Shown here piece by piece: positions 60,112 through 64,000 of a stretch of DNA of 64,000 bases. The notes under the pieces were generated by a model, which saw only the letters and a program-made list of their open reading frames with translations, was not told the DNA's origin and made no database searches. The stretch is from a virus: the IMG/VR virus record IMGVR_UViG_3300025030_000054, positions 1-64,000 of that record. One strand, written 5' to 3'. Position numbers and translations under genes: made by a program. How positions within the stretch are numbered: position 1 is the first letter of the stretch; each line of letters opens with the position of its first letter.

Positions 60112-62631
60112 TTGATTGTAGCAAAGATAGGCAGCAAAGTAAACTTGTTGATACTTTACGATTCTCCGCAACACCAAAACTGGATAACTAAAGGAGAAGT
60201 TACCTCAGACGGACTTGGAAAATTCTATACAGACGCAACTACACAAGCTGGTATAGATTTTAACGAGGTTGCTATTTGCTGCCTATCTGACGAGAAGGAC
60301 GGAAAGGCAGCAGGGTTCAAAGCTAAAGAAGCATACATCCAAGAGCTGATAGAAGTCTATGCCCCCAACTTGATCTTGCTGCCTTCCTCAAAAGCATTTG
60401 AAATATTTATGGGAATGAAAGGAGCAAGTAAATTTTACGGGAGAGTTCTGTACAACGAGAAACATAACTGTAAAGTAATAACTATGCCTCCTCACTCTAT
60501 GCTTGTTTACAAACCAGACATTCAGCCTCTGATAACTTCCTCTCTGAGAACCGTTAAAGTAGAAATGGACTTTCCTGAGTTAAGAGAAGAAGAACGGCCC
60601 GACAAGCAGTATGTAATGATTGACACTATAGCCAAATTTAGATCAATGTTTAGGTTCTACAAAGAAAACGTATTTAGCTTCGCTATAGATACTGAAACAA
60701 CGAGCCTTAGATTTAACAGCGGAAAAGTTATCCTCATTCAGTTGAGCCACAAAGATCATTTTGGGGCAGCGATACCAACTCCCGATTACGGAGCTAAGTG
60801 GGCTGATGAAGAGTGGGCCGAAATAGTTGCAGGGCTTAAAGAACTTATAGAAGACGTTAGGAGGGAGAAACTCGTAGCTAATGGTTACTTTGACTTTAAG
60901 TTTTTGGAACACTGTTACGATATTAAACTTCCGAAGGAAAATGTCTTCTGTGTGTTAATTGCGAGTTTTCTCTGTGATGAAAATCGGGAATCTCATTCTC
61001 TAAAATTCTGTGCGTCAACTCTCTTAGACGACAAAACCGCTGTCAACTATGAAGCCCCTTTAGATGACTTCAAAGACAAGTATTGCAAAGAACATAAAAT
61101 CAAGAAGAGTGAGTTCACTTACGATTTAGTTCCACCGGATACCTTGTTTACTTATTCTTGCATGGATGTTGATTTCACATTTCAATTGGCAAGGTACTTT
61201 AAAGAAGAACTTAAAAAAGAAGAACAAGAACAGGTCTTTAAAGATGTAAGTTCTTATGCTTGGGCTTTGGCTAGGATTGAGCAAAATGGCTGGAAGATTG
61301 ACATGGAAGAAGCCCAAAGGTATAAAGAAGAACTAACCGGCAGGATAGCGGAGCTGGAAGAAAAAATTCAAGACCTAAATGAAATCAAAGCTGCTACTAA
61401 GGTCTTGTCTGCGGCAAAGTTAGTAGCTGAAAATGCTAAAAGAAAAACCAAATTAAAAGCACTTAAAGAGCCTCTCAAGTTTCTGGTAAGCAGTCCTAAC
61501 CATAAACGTGTGCTTTTTAAAGACGTGCTTAGGTTCCCTGAAGTAAAGAAAACTAAGAAAGGTTCTTACGCAGTAGATAAAGAATGCTTTGCTATTTGGT
61601 GTGAAAAGTATCCTACAGTTCCTTCTATAAAAGTTATTAGAGAGTTGGAGGAACTTACTAAAATGCGTAATACATATGTGAACGCATTGTTAGAAAAATC
61701 TGTAGACGGAAGAATTCACTGCTCCTACCGAGTAGCTTTTCCTAAAACGGGACGTATTTCAGCACTTTCGCCCAATCTCCAGAACATTACAATGCACTCA
61801 GAAGAGAGTAAAAAACTCAGGAGATGTTTCACTGTAGACAAAGGAAACATGCTGGTACTTTCGGACCTCTCAAACGCGGAGCTGAGACAGGTCGCTGCCA
61901 TAAGCGGTGATGCAGTAATGAGCGAAGGCTTTAAAAATGGACAAGATCCCCACTCTACCACAGCAAAAAGTATTTTTAATCTTGAAGCGCCTGTTGAGGA
62001 AATTAAAGAAAAGTTCAACGAGTATAGACAGCTAGGTAAAGTCCTAGGCTTCTCTGCACTTTACGGCGGAGGTGGTTCTCTGATTGCTAAACGGGCTAAC
62101 ATTGAGGTCGAGGAAGCAGAAAGGCATCTGTCGGAATACTTTAGAAAACATTCTGGAATTGCCCAACTCTTTAAAGACAACACAGCTTTCGCCAAAGAAC
62201 ACGGTTACGCGGTTGCAATCTCAGGTAGACGTAGAAGGGTTCCGTACATCAATTCGGAAGATAAATATTTGGTTCTGAGAGCAGAAAGACAAGCCAACAA
62301 CTTCTTAATCCAGTCTGTTGCCTCGGACTGCATGTTAAAATCCATTGTAAATATGATTACCGAGATTGATGAACTCAACCTCCCTATTAAACTCATCAAC
62401 GTGATCCACGACAGCGTTGAAACGGAAGTGCCTGAGTACTACGTCAACGAAGCCGCAGCATTCATAAAGAGGCATCTGGAAGTCTGGCATTTTGGGTTGA
62501 ACCCAGGATTTGACATGAAGTGTGACGTTGAGGTAGGTTATACGTGGGCCGATCTTGGTGCTTACAAAGAAGAGAGTTATGCTGAACTTGCTGTAGAAAT
62601 CGACCCAGAACAAGAGGAGGAAGAAGAATGA
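60112..62631 (+). CDS. polA: Family A DNA polymerase with N-terminal UDG-like and 3'-5' exonuclease domains
   Basis: IDTETT, NGYFD, YSCMD; TGRIS..PNLQN, motif A DLSNAELR, motif B RQLGKVLGFSALYG, motif C IHDS; TTG start at 60112 after AGGAGG. Confidence 0.95.
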   Translation: MIVAKIGSKVNLLILYDSPQHQNWITKGEVTSDGLGKFYTDATTQAGIDFNEVAICCLSDEKDGKAAGFKAKEAYIQELIEVYAPNLILLPSSKAFEIFMGMKGASKFYGRVLYNEKHNCKVITMPPHSMLVYKPDIQPLITSSLRTVKVEMDFPELREEERPDKQYVMIDTIAKFRSMFRFYKENVFSFAIDTETTSLRFNSGKVILIQLSHKDHFGAAIPTPDYGAKWADEEWAEIVAGLKELIEDVRREKLVANGYFDFKFLEHCYDIKLPKENVFCVLIASFLCDENRESHSLKFCASTLLDDKTAVNYEAPLDDFKDKYCKEHKIKKSEFTYDLVPPDTLFTYSCMDVDFTFQLARYFKEELKKEEQEQVFKDVSSYAWALARIEQNGWKIDMEEAQRYKEELTGRIAELEEKIQDLNEIKAATKVLSAAKLVAENAKRKTKLKALKEPLKFLVSSPNHKRVLFKDVLRFPEVKKTKKGSYAVDKECFAIWCEKYPTVPSIKVIRELEELTKMRNTYVNALLEKSVDGRIHCSYRVAFPKTGRISALSPNLQNITMHSEESKKLRRCFTVDKGNMLVLSDLSNAELRQVAAISGDAVMSEGFKNGQDPHSTTAKSIFNLEAPVEEIKEKFNEYRQLGKVLGFSALYGGGGSLIAKRANIEVEEAERHLSEYFRKHSGIAQLFKDNTAFAKEHGYAVAISGRRRRVPYINSEDKYLVLRAERQANNFLIQSVASDCMLKSIVNMITEIDELNLPIKLINVIHDSVETEVPEYYVNEAAAFIKRHLEVWHFGLNPGFDMKCDVEVGYTWADLGAYKEESYAELAVEIDPEQEEEEE

Positions 62632-63008
62632 TATTTTGTGAAAATTGTAAGCATCTCCTGTACCCAAATTACCTTAATTATTATCCACCAGCAAATGTAA
62701 AGACAGTCTTTGTAGACCCGACTTATAAAGAAGATCCTGATCGTCATTTGCTACAAGAACGGAGAGAAGGTTATACCATTTCACCAATCTGCAACCACTC
62801 ACAGTGCTTTGAAACATCAACCAAAATAACTCCTGTAACTAAACTTATCACCAAAACTAGAATCAAAGGACAAGCGCAGCTAAACAGGCATAACAACTGT
62901 AGGTTCTTTGAGGCTAAAGAGACTAAGCCTATCAGCTATTCGGAAGGCGGTTCAGCAGCAATAGTAGAAGCGCCTAAGCAAAAGCCGCGGTACAAATTCT
63001 GGCTCTAA
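62628..63008 (+). CDS. Cys-motif hypothetical protein
   Basis: FCENCKH...C.H...N..NNC.FFE; ATGA overlap with polA. Confidence 0.6.
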   Translation: MIFCENCKHLLYPNYLNYYPPANVKTVFVDPTYKEDPDRHLLQERREGYTISPICNHSQCFETSTKITPVTKLITKTRIKGQAQLNRHNNCRFFEAKETKPISYSEGGSAAIVEAPKQKPRYKFWL

Positions 63009-64000
63009 TTCAAGGGCACTATGAGGAGAACTAAACATGAGTAAAGTATTCGATATCTCAAAAACATGCATAGTGAAACCTATATTTGACGGCAGTAGCT
63101 TGTACGAATTTTCATGCGGACACTGTGTATTCATCGAAGGGAAATCAATTCTTTCCTTAGATAAGTGCCCTTTCTGTGATAAGCCAGTCAACTCGTTAAC
63201 CTAGTATCATAAACTTAATTAACTCTTACTCAAAAGGTGGTGATAAAGTGTCAACAGTAGTACGGTGTGATAAGGAACGTTGTAAATATAACGACGAAGG
63301 AGAATGTGTGGCTCAGGTTATTGAACTAGACGAGGAGGGAACTTGCCTTGATTTCGAAAAATTTATCGGATAGCCGGGGTTCTTTTTTAAGGTCTGACAC
63401 TAAATGCTGGATTAGTTCTAGTCTATTCTTCATGTGTATCGAGAAGCTTGGCCTCAATGAAAAGATCTATTATATTCCGTCTGGTATTGAGTGTACCAAC
63501 GAAGAACTTACATACTACGTGGATCATTTATTTGACGAACTAGGCCACTTAGAAATGCGTAAGGACTACTGGACAGAGACCGAAAAGGATGCTAGAAACT
63601 ATGTGACTAAGATCGGCTTTGCATTGAGAAACTGGTCTAAGGAGGGATTCGGAGTGAAACTAATCTGATGGTATACTTAAATAGGTATTGTGTAGGTTGC
63701 CGAAGGTTAATTCCAGAAGACACCAATAGCCCTATCTTAGTTATAGGACAGGCTACCGTAAAGTGGAATAAAAAACAACATAAACACTCCGCTAAAACTG
63801 ACGGAGAATACGACTGCTTCTGTGAAATCTGCGCAGGTAGAATGATGGAGCTTATTAAGGCTCAACGGGAAAAGGGAGTGAAGGTACTATGACAAATGTG
63901 TTAGTCCTAGACGTACTTAACTGCGCGTTTACTTTGAAGCATGTTAAAGAGAAAGACCCTCTGTGGCGATTCATAACAGACATTAGAAACATTATCAGTG

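Noticed and set aside
4298-62667. Numerous minus-strand and nested short ORFs in the track
   Set aside because: Shadows of well-supported plus-strand genes; no RBS or motifs
1-64000. Stop-codon reassignment
   Set aside because: Core genes (terL, polA, lig, rtcB) are intact in the standard code, and TAA, TAG and TGA all terminate genes

Overview
A 64-kb segment of a large, AT-rich, apparently lytic dsDNA tailed phage genome with broadly T5/SPO1-like organisation and the standard genetic code. Left end (minus strand): a packaging operon with a sigma-region-4 protein, terminase small subunit, two membrane/holin-like genes and terminase large subunit. From 3.6 kb almost everything is on the plus strand: PIN-PhoH, a 3D-domain wall hydrolase, a C5-methyltransferase-like gene, a repeat-rich non-coding zone (9.6-14.6 kb) and a long early/accessory region of small ORFs. 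That region holds an RNA/tRNA toolkit (CCA-adding enzyme, Rnl2-type ligase, RtcB, a divergent GluRS, a metallophosphoesterase), a Zn-finger protein with an M28-like peptidase, an HD-GYP-like protein, a ThyX-like protein, DNA ligase and an SF2 helicase. A replication block follows (DnaB-like helicase, degenerate loader, primase, UDG-domain/PolA). There are four free-standing homing endonucleases. I saw no tRNA, rRNA, CRISPR array or integrase. Main unexplained structure: (1) a palindrome GGTAATTACC, 23 exact copies plus 2 variants by manual count, mostly at gene boundaries and often supplying or abutting stop codons; (2) a 14-gene paralog family with conserved ends (K-H-[IL]-K...EQ[TS]H...YNE) and a hypervariable core; (3) a candidate phage-specific promoter, AATAAA-N15-GTATATA, ahead of all four endonucleases and the terminase operon; (4) four consensus sigma70 promoters firing into non-coding hairpin/C-rich units; (5) a dispersed double-hairpin element whose inner segment occurs in both orientations. 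All assignments come from motif recognition by eye; no database searches were run.
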